Both the position numbers and the translations under genes were made by a program. Below the pieces are notes generated by a model. It searched no databases, was not told where the DNA came from, and worked only from the letters and a program-made list of their open reading frames with translations. Shown here piece by piece: positions 1 through 8,518 of a stretch of 64,000 bases of DNA (its first letter is position 1; the number at the start of each line of letters is the position of its first letter). The DNA comes from an uncultured Brevinematales bacterium (lineage in GTDB: Bacteria > Spirochaetota > Brevinematia > Brevinematales > JAOACQ01), in NCBI GenBank assembly GCA_964392785.1, contig CAYMRH010000005.1, positions 4,778 through 68,777 of the forward strand, written 5' to 3'.

Positions 1-1
1 C

Positions 2-250
2 AACGTGATCGGATGCGGACAGCAGCTGGGTTACACGGAGCACTACCGCGGGGCGGAGTACGAAATCAACCTGCTGAAAAAGGTCCGTTTCGAGATCGCG
101 GTGAACGACAAGTTCGTGAAGCCCACCATAGACGCGATCATCAAGGGCGCGCGGACCGGCAACATCGGGGACGGAAAAATCTTCGTCCTGCCTCTGGAAC
201 AGTGCATCCGGGTCCGGACGGGCGAGGAAGGCAGCGAAGCCATCGGTTAA
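2..250 (+). CDS. glnB: P-II nitrogen regulatory protein (5' part outside window)
   Basis: G.G.Q.G...YRG.EY T-loop; [10 protein letters not shown] and IRVRTGE motifs. Confidence 0.93.
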   Translation, partial: NVIGCGQQLGYTEHYRGAEYEINLLKKVRFEIAVNDKFVKPTIDAIIKGARTGNIGDGKIFVLPLEQCIRVRTGEEGSEAIG

Positions 251-278
251 ACTTCATCAGGAAATACCCCCCATCGCG

Positions 279-309
279 CGGGGCCGGGATTACCCGGCCC
301 CGTTTTTTT
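279..309 (+). terminator. Intrinsic terminator after glnB
   Basis: CGGGGCCGGG-atta-CCCGGCCCCG followed by a T run. Confidence 0.8.
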
Positions 310-324
310 ATTGGGGGCGTTGTG

Positions 325-2193
325 TTACAGGTTGGTCACGCCGTTGTTGGCGGCGGTGGAAGCGCCGGTGTAGGCGGTGTTGTTGATGTTGTTCCAGTCG
401 GCGCCGGATGTGATGTTCGTTTCCCAACCGTTTTCAAAGTCTTGGTAGAGATAGGACAGAGTGTTGGTCAGGAACAGATTGTAGGTCAGGCGATGGTTGT
501 AGGTGTCGGCGCTGTTCTCATAAATTGCATAACCCGTATTGCCGATACTGGAACCCCCGATGATGTTGGAGGTGAAAATAGTGGTAGCCATGTGGCAATA
601 ATCCAGACCGATGGCGGAGTTGTCACCCAGAATTACGTTGTGAATATTGGTCGTGGGGTAGTTGGAATAATAGATGGCGCTACCAAACATTCCCAACGGC
701 TTATTGGTCGCGATGAGGTTGCTCTGGACGAGGGCCCAGCCGTGCATATACATACCGCAGCCGACGGTGGCGGCGTTACTGGTGATGACGTTCTGGACAA
801 TCCTGAATCCCGGTCCGCCGGAAGAGTACAAGCCGCCGCCCATGTAACCAGCCCGGTTACATGTAATGAAATTCGATTCGACCGTCAGGAAGTTGCCAGC
901 TCCGGTCAGGAGATTCGCTATACCGCCTCCGTAATAGGCTGTGTTGTTGGAAATCACGCAGTTTCGGATTTTTATTCCCGTGGGAGTTGATTGAGCGTGT
1001 ATGGCTCCGCCGTAAGCGGTATAACCGCTCGTCGCGACGGACAGATTGTTGGCAAACTGGCAGTTGAACACTGTTGTATTGAAACCCTGGATGTAAAGGG
1101 CCCCGCCGTATGTATGTTGCGTATTGTTGGATACCGTGTTGTTGAGAAAAACCGAGTTGGAGACCACACAGTCAGGGTTAAAGATAAACACCCCCCCCCC
1201 TTTTTGGGCGGCAAAGTTATTGGAAAATACACAATTCAGGACAATGGCTCTCAGGTCATACAGGGCCAGTCCGCCACCTACCATGCTCTCAGTCCGGTTG
1301 GCTGTAAAAACGCAGTTGGAGAAGACATTGTCTTTGCCGTAAATCATCGCGATGCCTCCGCCGTCTGCGTTGCAGGAATTGCCCGTGATCTGACCCGTGA
1401 TCAGGTTAGTGTTGGCATCGACCATATAAATGCCTCCACCGCCGTTCGGGGCAGCACAGTTCATGATTATAACCGCCAGATAGTTTCTGTTCGCGCCAGC
1501 ACCCATATAGATGCCGCCGCCAAGACCTCCGTAAATATTTGTGGTAAACGTGGCGTGAATCAGGTTCTGCGAAGAGTGAAGCATACCCAAGCCACCGCCG
1601 TTCCACCCCCTGTTGTTGGTCATGACGCAGTTGCTGATGGCGCAGTAATGGGAATTAGTCATGAAGATACCGCCGCCTGTGGGTGAGGCCGGATCCGGTC
1701 CCGAGGCGTAACCTCCCATGACCACAAAACCGCTCAAACGCAAATTCGTGGCGTCCTTGATCTCGATAACATGGTCGGGTTTGTTAGACCGGTTCAGGAC
1801 GCTGTAATGGCCCGATTGCGGATCGAAAGTTCCGGCGTCGCAACCGCCGTATAGCGCCAGGTTGTGGTTGCTGACATGAACGCCGCTGTTTGTCGATCCA
1901 TCGCTGTTGGTCCAGGGGAGCAGACCGAAACCGTTGGTGTAAAGTCCTTCGGCAACGTAAACATTCGCCAGCCCGTTAGACACGGCTTTCATGATCGCGA
2001 TCTGGATGGTGAGCACCGGCGCGGCTTTGTCCGTTCCCGCGTTCGCGTCGCTGCCGGTCGTGGAAACGTAAATGCCTGCGGGCCAGGGTGAAGGTGTTCC
2101 GCCTCCGCCGCCGGTCGTATCGCCGCCGGATGGCGCCGAGGAACAGGACAGGACCAGCAGGGAGACAGAGAGCAAGAGGATCAGGCGTTTCAT
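325..2193 (-). CDS. Lipoprotein with right-handed parallel beta-helix (pectin lyase-like / polymorphic membrane protein repeats), copy 1
   Basis: AGGAG RBS before ATG 2193; lipobox VLSC; Gly/Thr linker; repeated N.A..GGG(I/L)Y and F..N motifs. Confidence 0.8.
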   Translation of the reverse strand: MKRLILLLSVSLLVLSCSSAPSGGDTTGGGGGTPSPWPAGIYVSTTGSDANAGTDKAAPVLTIQIAIMKAVSNGLANVYVAEGLYTNGFGLLPWTNSDGSTNSGVHVSNHNLALYGGCDAGTFDPQSGHYSVLNRSNKPDHVIEIKDATNLRLSGFVVMGGYASGPDPASPTGGGIFMTNSHYCAISNCVMTNNRGWNGGGLGMLHSSQNLIHATFTTNIYGGLGGGIYMGAGANRNYLAVIIMNCAAPNGGGGIYMVDANTNLITGQITGNSCNADGGGIAMIYGKDNVFSNCVFTANRTESMVGGGLALYDLRAIVLNCVFSNNFAAQKGGGVFIFNPDCVVSNSVFLNNTVSNNTQHTYGGALYIQGFNTTVFNCQFANNLSVATSGYTAYGGAIHAQSTPTGIKIRNCVISNNTAYYGGGIANLLTGAGNFLTVESNFITCNRAGYMGGGLYSSGGPGFRIVQNVITSNAATVGCGMYMHGWALVQSNLIATNKPLGMFGSAIYYSNYPTTNIHNVILGDNSAIGLDYCHMATTIFTSNIIGGSSIGNTGYAIYENSADTYNHRLTYNLFLTNTLSYLYQDFENGWETNITSGADWNNINNTAYTGASTAANNGVTNL

Positions 2194-2210
2194 TCGGGCG
2201 CTCCTTTTAA

Positions 2211-4073
2211 TCATATATTCGTTACTCCGTTGAACGCCGCGGTGGCGGCGCCGGAATAGGTCGTGTCGTTGATGGTGTTCCAGGCCGTCGCGCTGTTCGT
2301 CACAACATGGATGCCGTTAAAGTCGTAATAAAGCGGCCCCAGCCTGTTCGTCAGGAAAAGGTTGTAAGTCAAAATGTGGCCCGTCGTGTTCTCGTAAATA
2401 CTTTCGTTGAAACCGTATCCCGTATTGGCCGCGCCCGCGCCGCCGATGATATTCGAGGAAAAGACGGTGCCGTTCGCGTTTCTGAGACCGATGACGGACA
2501 GGTCGCCCAGAAAATAATTCTGAAGATTGGTCGCCGCGCATCCTTCGACCCACAACGCGCTTGCGTAACTGTTGCCGCCGTTCGACGCGATGACGTTGCT
2601 CTGGATCAATGCCCAGCCGTAAAGGAAGACGCCGGACGCGACGGAACCGGTGTTGTTGCCCGAGACGAGATTCTGGAGTATGCGGATCCCCCCGGTTTGG
2701 GAATAAATAGCCCCGCCGAACTCATCGGCGTAATTTGAGACGAAAACATTGGATTCCACGGTCGTGAAATTGGCGCCCGCGGGAGGACTGTTGGCCAACG
2801 CTCCGCCGTATTGGGCGGAATTGTTGGAAAAGAACGAGTTCATTACGCGGATGCCGTCGTTTTGAGTCGCGTAGATCCCGCCGCCGAAACTGGTCAAACC
2901 CGTGGAGATCGCGCGGTTATTGACGAAATGGCAGTGGAACGCCACTCCGTTCAAGGCCTCGAGATAAAGACCTCCTCCGAATGTATCGACAGACCCGTTC
3001 GAGACCCAGTTGCCAGCGAACACGGTGTTCGATACGGCGCAATACGCGCCCGACAGAACGGCGCCTCCGCCGGATAATCTGGAGGAATTATTGGAGATAA
3101 ATGAATCGATCAGAATGTTCCATTGGTCGGAGATCACGATACCCCCGCCGTAATTTCCCAACGTGCTGTTGGATACGATCACGCAATTTGTAAAGACGTT
3201 ATACGACCCCGCATTAAGGGCAATCCCGCCGCCCCCGTTGCCCATGCTGGAATTCATCGCGAACAGACCGGAGATCGTGTTGCTGGAGGCGTTTTCGATC
3301 CAGATTCCGCCGCCCATATTGATGACGACATGGCCCGTGATGATGACGCGGATGTCATTCTCGTTGGCCCCGGCTTCCAAGGCGATCCCGCCGCCGTAAC
3401 CGCAATTCTGATTGCCGGCCAGGGTGGCGTGGATCCGGTTGTTGCGCGAATGCATGAGCCCCATGCCCGCGCCGTACCACGACCGGTTGTTGGTCAGGAA
3501 GCAGTTGGTGACGAGGCAGGAGTGCGCGTTCGAGAGGAACAGGCCGCCCCCGAGGAGCATTCCGGCAGGATCCGGAGTTTGGGCGTAACCGCCCGTGAGG
3601 ACGAAATTCGCCAGCGTGACGTTGGTGGCGTTCCGCATTTCGACCACATGGTCGGGATCGCCGCCCCTTGACAGGATGCTGTAACGCCCGGCCTGGGGAT
3701 CGAAGGTGTTCGTGTCGCAACCGCCGTAAAGAGCCAGGTTGTGGTTGCTGATATAAACGCCGCTGTTCGTGGTGTCGTCGCCGTTTGTAAACGAAAGAAG
3801 ACCGAACCCGTTGGTGTAAAGCCCTTCTGCAACGTAAACATTCGCCAAGCCGTTGGACACGGCTTTCATGATCGCGATCTGGATGGTGAGCACCGGCGCG
3901 GTTTTGTCAGTCCCGGCGCTGGCGTCGCTACCGGCTGTGGAAACGTAAATGCCCGCGGGCCAGGAGGAGGGCGTTCCGCCCCCGCCGCCGCCCGTTGTTT
4001 CTCCGCCCGAGGGCGCCGAGGAACAGGACAGGAACAGGACGGTGAACGCCATGAGGAATATCATGTTTTTCAT
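2211..4073 (-). CDS. Lipoprotein with right-handed parallel beta-helix, copy 2 (paralogue of 325-2193)
   Basis: Lipobox FLSC; first ~100 aa nearly identical to copy 1; GGG(I/L) and F..N repeats. Confidence 0.82.
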   Translation of the reverse strand: MKNMIFLMAFTVLFLSCSSAPSGGETTGGGGGGTPSSWPAGIYVSTAGSDASAGTDKTAPVLTIQIAIMKAVSNGLANVYVAEGLYTNGFGLLSFTNGDDTTNSGVYISNHNLALYGGCDTNTFDPQAGRYSILSRGGDPDHVVEMRNATNVTLANFVLTGGYAQTPDPAGMLLGGGLFLSNAHSCLVTNCFLTNNRSWYGAGMGLMHSRNNRIHATLAGNQNCGYGGGIALEAGANENDIRVIITGHVVINMGGGIWIENASSNTISGLFAMNSSMGNGGGGIALNAGSYNVFTNCVIVSNSTLGNYGGGIVISDQWNILIDSFISNNSSRLSGGGAVLSGAYCAVSNTVFAGNWVSNGSVDTFGGGLYLEALNGVAFHCHFVNNRAISTGLTSFGGGIYATQNDGIRVMNSFFSNNSAQYGGALANSPPAGANFTTVESNVFVSNYADEFGGAIYSQTGGIRILQNLVSGNNTGSVASGVFLYGWALIQSNVIASNGGNSYASALWVEGCAATNLQNYFLGDLSVIGLRNANGTVFSSNIIGGAGAANTGYGFNESIYENTTGHILTYNLFLTNRLGPLYYDFNGIHVVTNSATAWNTINDTTYSGAATAAFNGVTNI

Positions 4074-4275
4074 GACGGGCCTCCATGTTATTCGGGATAT
4101 CCGGCCGTACGGCCGGGCCGGAACAGTTTACGCCCCGGTAGCGGCAATGTCAAGGCCGGTGCGCAACGGTCTGGGCCGGAAAAAATTCCGCTCCGGAACG
4201 CTCTTTGGCTTTGCGTTTCGGACGGACCGCGTTAAAATGGGAAAGGATCGTTTGAAGAAATGCAGGAGGATGATC

Positions 4276-4962
4276 ATGAATCAGGACTTGAAAAAATTCT
4301 TCGCGGAAATGATCGGGACCTTCGTGCTGGTCCTGGGCGGGTGCGGGAGCGCCATCTTCGCCGGCAAGTATATCGGGTTTGCCGGCGTGTCGGCGGCTTT
4401 CGGGCTTTCGCTGTTGGTTATGGCGTTCGCCATCGGGAATATTTCCGGCTGTCACGTGAACCCGGCGGTGAGTTTGGGCATGATGATCGCGAAAAAAATC
4501 TCCCCAAAAGAATTCGGATATTACGCGGCGGCTCAGGTGATCGGCGGGATCGCGGCCGGCGCTGTTCTGTACTGGATCGCTTCCGGCGCGCCCGGTTTCA
4601 ACGTTGCGAAAGGGTTCGCCGCCAACGGTTTTGGCGCCTATTCCCCGGCCAAATTCGGGATGGTTTCCGCGATCGTGGCGGAAGTGGTCCTGACCGCGCT
4701 GCTCATGTTCACGGTCATGGGGACAACGCATTCGCGTTTTCCGGCCGGGATGGCGGGAATCCCTGTCGGCCTGGTCCTGATGCTGATCCATCTGATATCC
4801 ATCCCGATCACCAATACCTCCGTGAACCCGGCCCGCAGCATAGGCGTGGCGGTATTCCAGGGCGGCTGGGCGATCCGGCAGTTATGGCTTTTCATTGCGG
4901 CTCCGCTGGCCGGCGCGGTTCTGGGCGTATTCGGATACAAACTGGTAGGCGAGAAAAAATAG
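4276..4962 (+). CDS. aqpZ: Aquaporin Z (MIP family)
   Basis: Two NPA motifs (HVNPAVS, SVNPARS), AE..GTF.LV; AGGAGG RBS at 4264-4269. Confidence 0.92.
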   Translation: MNQDLKKFFAEMIGTFVLVLGGCGSAIFAGKYIGFAGVSAAFGLSLLVMAFAIGNISGCHVNPAVSLGMMIAKKISPKEFGYYAAAQVIGGIAAGAVLYWIASGAPGFNVAKGFAANGFGAYSPAKFGMVSAIVAEVVLTALLMFTVMGTTHSRFPAGMAGIPVGLVLMLIHLISIPITNTSVNPARSIGVAVFQGGWAIRQLWLFIAAPLAGAVLGVFGYKLVGEKK

Positions 4963-4988
4963 GGCCATAATCTTTCGGATGTTTCACG

Positions 4989-5030
4989 ACACCGTGTCCC
5001 GGCCGGGAAAAAGCCGGGGCGCGGTGTTTT
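4989..5030 (+). terminator. Probable terminator after aqpZ
   Basis: ACACCGTGTCCCGGC...GCCGGGGCGCGGTGT hairpin followed by TTT. Confidence 0.55.
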
Positions 5031-5139
5031 GATAAAACATACATGAAAAGCTATTCAATTCACGGCGTCTCCACAATTCATTAGCATGTTATTTACAGAT
5101 CGGACTGAGATTATTTTTATATTTGCGCCAAAAAGCGTC

Positions 5140-5168
5140 TTGACAAACTGCAGGCTAAATTCTAAAAT
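5140..5168 (+). promoter_or_regulatory. Sigma70 promoter of the GH94 gene
   Basis: TTGACA-17 nt-TAAAAT. Confidence 0.8.
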
Positions 5169-5217
5169 ATTGCATCGTAAAGAATTAGTCGATTTATCCT
5201 TTTCGGAGGACTAAAAA

Positions 5218-7959
5218 ATGAAAAAAAAACCCCTAAAAGGGTTTGAATTTATAGGAAAAAACGGGGATTTTAAGCTTAAAAACCCTGAAAACAGCAGTTA
5301 TTTGTATTTCCCTTTGGCAAATGAAGCCGGTTTAATGAGTTCCATCACTCCCGCGCTGAACGGGGATGTCAAAACGGGTCAAAACTCGTTTCTGACTGAG
5401 CCGGTATCTTCAGAGAACCTTCATAACAACCGTTCGTCCCGTAATTTCTGGTTTTTTGTCCACGGCCGGAAGACCGCGTGGTCCGCGGCGGGGGAATCCG
5501 CCGCGCAGAAGGCCGCCCGCGTGCCGGGAGACGGAAAATCCGGAGAACAGGCCGTTGTGGAAGCGGGCATGCTCTGGCACGAGGTGACCCGGGAAAACAG
5601 GAAACTGGGCTTAAAGGCCCAGATCGAAAATTTTGTACCTGTATCTCAGGACACCGTTGAACTGATGCGCGTGACGGTCACCAACACCGGGCGCAAATCC
5701 GTGAAACTCACCCCCACCGCGGCGGTCCCCCTCTACGGCCGTTCCGCGGACAATATCCGCGACCACCGTCACGTGACGTCTTTACTGCACAGGGTCCGGA
5801 CAGTGAAAAACGGAGTGGCCGTCACTCCCACCATGTGTTTTGATGAACGCGGCCACACGGTGAACGGGATCACTTACGGGGTGTACGGCGCGGAAGGCGA
5901 CGGGACGCTCCCCGCGGGTTTCTTTCCGGTGACGGAGGACTTCATAGGCGAGGGCGGGTCATTCGACTGGCCGGAAAAAATTGTCGTGAACGCTCTGGAC
6001 GTGATGCCGTCCGGAAAACGGTTCGACGGGTTCGAGGCCATGGGCGCCATCCGGTTCCGGGACGTTGTTCTGCGGCCGGGCCAGAGCCGTTCGTACGTGC
6101 TGGCGCTGAGCGTGGAACAGCCCGGCCGCAAGGCCCCGCTGAAATACCTGGACGACCGCGCTTTTGAGAAGGCGCTTTCGGACAACAAAAAATTCTGGTC
6201 CGCCAAAACGGACAGCCTGACTTTTTCGGGGGCAGACCCCGACTTTGACAGCTGGCTGAAATGGGTGACCGTCCAGCCGGTCCTGCGCCGGATCTACGGC
6301 TGTTCGTTTTTGCCCCATCACGATTACGGCCGCGGCGGCCGCGGCTGGCGGGACCTCTGGCAGGATTGCCTGGCGCTCATTGTCATGGAACCCGAAGGCG
6401 TGCGCCAGATGCTTCTCAACAACTATGGCGGCGTGCGGCTGGACGGGTCCAACGCCACCATCATCGGTTCGGCCCCGGGGGAATTCATCGCGGACCGGAA
6501 CAATATTTCCCGCGTGTGGATGGACCACGGCGCCTGGCCGTTTCTGACCACCCGGCTTTATCTGGACTGGAGCGGGGACCTGAAGTTCCTTCTGGAACAG
6601 CAGTCCTATTTCAAGGACCGCCAGTTCGGGCGTTCCCGAACCCCGGACGAAAACTGGACGCCCGAGTACGGCAACCGCCAGAAAACCGCATTCGGCGGGA
6701 TCTATACCGGGACCGTCCTGGAACATATCCTGATCCAGAACCTGGCGCCTTTTTACCATGCGGGCGAACACGGCAACATTCTGCTGGAAGGCGCGGACTG
6801 GAACGACGCGCTGGACATGGCGCGCGACCGGGGCGAAAGCGTGGCATTCACCTGCTTTTACGCCTGGAACCTGGCGGAAATCGCGAAGCTGCTCCGCGAG
6901 GCGCACAGCCGCCTGGGCCTATCCGGGATCGAGGTGGCGCGGGAAATGGTGCCGCTGTTCGATACGCTGGACAGGAAGATCGATTACGCCAGCGTGAAGG
7001 AGAAACGCGGCCTGCTGTCCCGTTATTTTGAATCCTGCCTGCACCGGGTGTCCGGGGAAAAAGCGGAACTGAATATCCTCTCGGTCGCAAAGGACCTGGA
7101 GGGCAAAGCGGAATCCCTCATGGAACAGGTCCGCAAAAACGAATGGGTCACGGACGCGCGCGGCAACGGATGGTTCAACGGCTATTACGACAACTCCGGG
7201 GCGCGCGTGGAAGGCGTCCGGGATTCCGGAAAAGTCCGGATGACGCTGACCGGACAGGTGTTTGCCGTGATGGGCGGCGTGGCGACCGGAGACCAGGCGG
7301 AACGGATTGTCCGGTCCGTGAAAAAATACCTGAAAGATCCCGCCATCGGCGGTTACCGCCTGAATACGGACTTCGGGGAGATCAAGCCCGATTTCGGGCG
7401 CGCCTTCGCGTTCGCGTTCGGCCACAAGGAAAACGGCGCCGTGTTTTCCCACATGGCGGTGATGTACGCCAACGCCCTGTACCGGCGCGGATTGGTCCGC
7501 GACGGGTGGGACGTTTTAAAATCGCTATACGACCTGTCTTCGGACTTTCCCCGCGCCCGTATCTATCCCGGTCTGCCGGAATATTTCAACGAAAAGCGCC
7601 GCGGGATGTACCACTACCTGACCGGTTCGGCCAGCTGGCTGGCGCTGACGGTCCTGTCGGAAACGTACGGCGTGAGGGGAAAACTGGGGGACCTGGAGCT
7701 GGAGCCGAAACTGCTCCCGGACCAGTTTGACGCTCAGGGGCGGGCCGGTGTCCGGGCGCTTTTCGCCGGCCGGAGGCTGGAGATCGTCTATCATGCGTCC
7801 CGGAAAGCGGGTTCGCGGCGAAACCGGATTGGGGCCGTCCGCCTGGACGGAAAACCCGCCGGGGCGCGGATCGCGGGTCATTCCGCTCTGGTCAGGCGGT
7901 CCGTTCTGGAGCGTCTGGAGCCCGGCCGGTTGCACCGCCTGGATATAGAGCTCGAATAA
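5218..7959 (+). CDS. GH94 glycoside phosphorylase, laminaribiose phosphorylase type
   Basis: SYLYFPL.NEAG, YGRSAD.IRDHRHVTSLLHR, GRGGRGWRDLWQD, GADWNDALD, ENGAVFSHM, YHYLTGSASW; closely resembles the Paenibacillus laminaribiose phosphorylase as I recall it. Confidence 0.88.
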   Translation: MKKKPLKGFEFIGKNGDFKLKNPENSSYLYFPLANEAGLMSSITPALNGDVKTGQNSFLTEPVSSENLHNNRSSRNFWFFVHGRKTAWSAAGESAAQKAARVPGDGKSGEQAVVEAGMLWHEVTRENRKLGLKAQIENFVPVSQDTVELMRVTVTNTGRKSVKLTPTAAVPLYGRSADNIRDHRHVTSLLHRVRTVKNGVAVTPTMCFDERGHTVNGITYGVYGAEGDGTLPAGFFPVTEDFIGEGGSFDWPEKIVVNALDVMPSGKRFDGFEAMGAIRFRDVVLRPGQSRSYVLALSVEQPGRKAPLKYLDDRAFEKALSDNKKFWSAKTDSLTFSGADPDFDSWLKWVTVQPVLRRIYGCSFLPHHDYGRGGRGWRDLWQDCLALIVMEPEGVRQMLLNNYGGVRLDGSNATIIGSAPGEFIADRNNISRVWMDHGAWPFLTTRLYLDWSGDLKFLLEQQSYFKDRQFGRSRTPDENWTPEYGNRQKTAFGGIYTGTVLEHILIQNLAPFYHAGEHGNILLEGADWNDALDMARDRGESVAFTCFYAWNLAEIAKLLREAHSRLGLSGIEVAREMVPLFDTLDRKIDYASVKEKRGLLSRYFESCLHRVSGEKAELNILSVAKDLEGKAESLMEQVRKNEWVTDARGNGWFNGYYDNSGARVEGVRDSGKVRMTLTGQVFAVMGGVATGDQAERIVRSVKKYLKDPAIGGYRLNTDFGEIKPDFGRAFAFAFGHKENGAVFSHMAVMYANALYRRGLVRDGWDVLKSLYDLSSDFPRARIYPGLPEYFNEKRRGMYHYLTGSASWLALTVLSETYGVRGKLGDLELEPKLLPDQFDAQGRAGVRALFAGRRLEIVYHASRKAGSRRNRIGAVRLDGKPAGARIAGHSALVRRSVLERLEPGRLHRLDIELE

Positions 7960-7974
7960 CGGCAGGAGGAACCG

Positions 7975-8412
7975 ATGTCAGTTCCCAAAAGCATGCTGGA
8001 AATCACCGAATACAGGGGCAGCGGTTACAAGCCCGTGTACCGTTTCCAGAAGTGGCGGACGGCGGTCCTGAACCACATCGGCGAACTGGAACCGAACAAG
8101 ATCAAAAAAATCCAGAAACACACCAAAACCGACGAGGTCTTTGTCCTGGTCAAGGGGAAATGCATCCTGTTTCTGATCGAGGTGGAGGGAAACAAGGTGG
8201 CCAAGATCACCCCCATCGACATGGAGACGGGCCGGATTTACGTGGTCAAGAAAAACACCTGGCACACCCATACGGTGTCCCGGGACGGCATGGTGTTCAT
8301 CGTGGAAAACGACGACACCGCGCTGAAAAATTCGCCGGTGAAGCTCGTCGGAAAGAAGGAACGCGAGGAATTCACCCGGTACACTAAAGCGCTCTGGGAA
8401 ACGTTCTATTGA
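7975..8412 (+). CDS. Cupin-fold protein, unknown function
   Basis: H.KTDEVFVLVKG and G.IYVV...TWH cupin motifs; AGGAGG RBS; 15 nt after the GH94 gene. Confidence 0.7.
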   Translation: MSVPKSMLEITEYRGSGYKPVYRFQKWRTAVLNHIGELEPNKIKKIQKHTKTDEVFVLVKGKCILFLIEVEGNKVAKITPIDMETGRIYVVKKNTWHTHTVSRDGMVFIVENDDTALKNSPVKLVGKKEREEFTRYTKALWETFY

Positions 8413-8452
8413 AGCGCCGCTTGGCCGGCATCAGCGCTGAATTTCTGGGTTT

Positions 8453-8481
8453 TTGTGAAATTCGCGTGAAAATGCTATAAT
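8453..8481 (+). promoter_or_regulatory. Sigma70 promoter with extended -10, upstream of GH161
   Basis: TTGTGA-17 nt-TATAAT with TGn immediately before the -10. Confidence 0.7.
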
Positions 8482-8518
8482 ATTTTTCAACCTGAAGTGA
8501 GAAACCAGGAGGAAGCCG

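Noticed and set aside
5221-5229. A9 tract right after the GH94 start codon as a phase-variation site
   Set aside because: It encodes KKK in an AT-rich translation-initiation region, where such runs are common; no supporting evidence.
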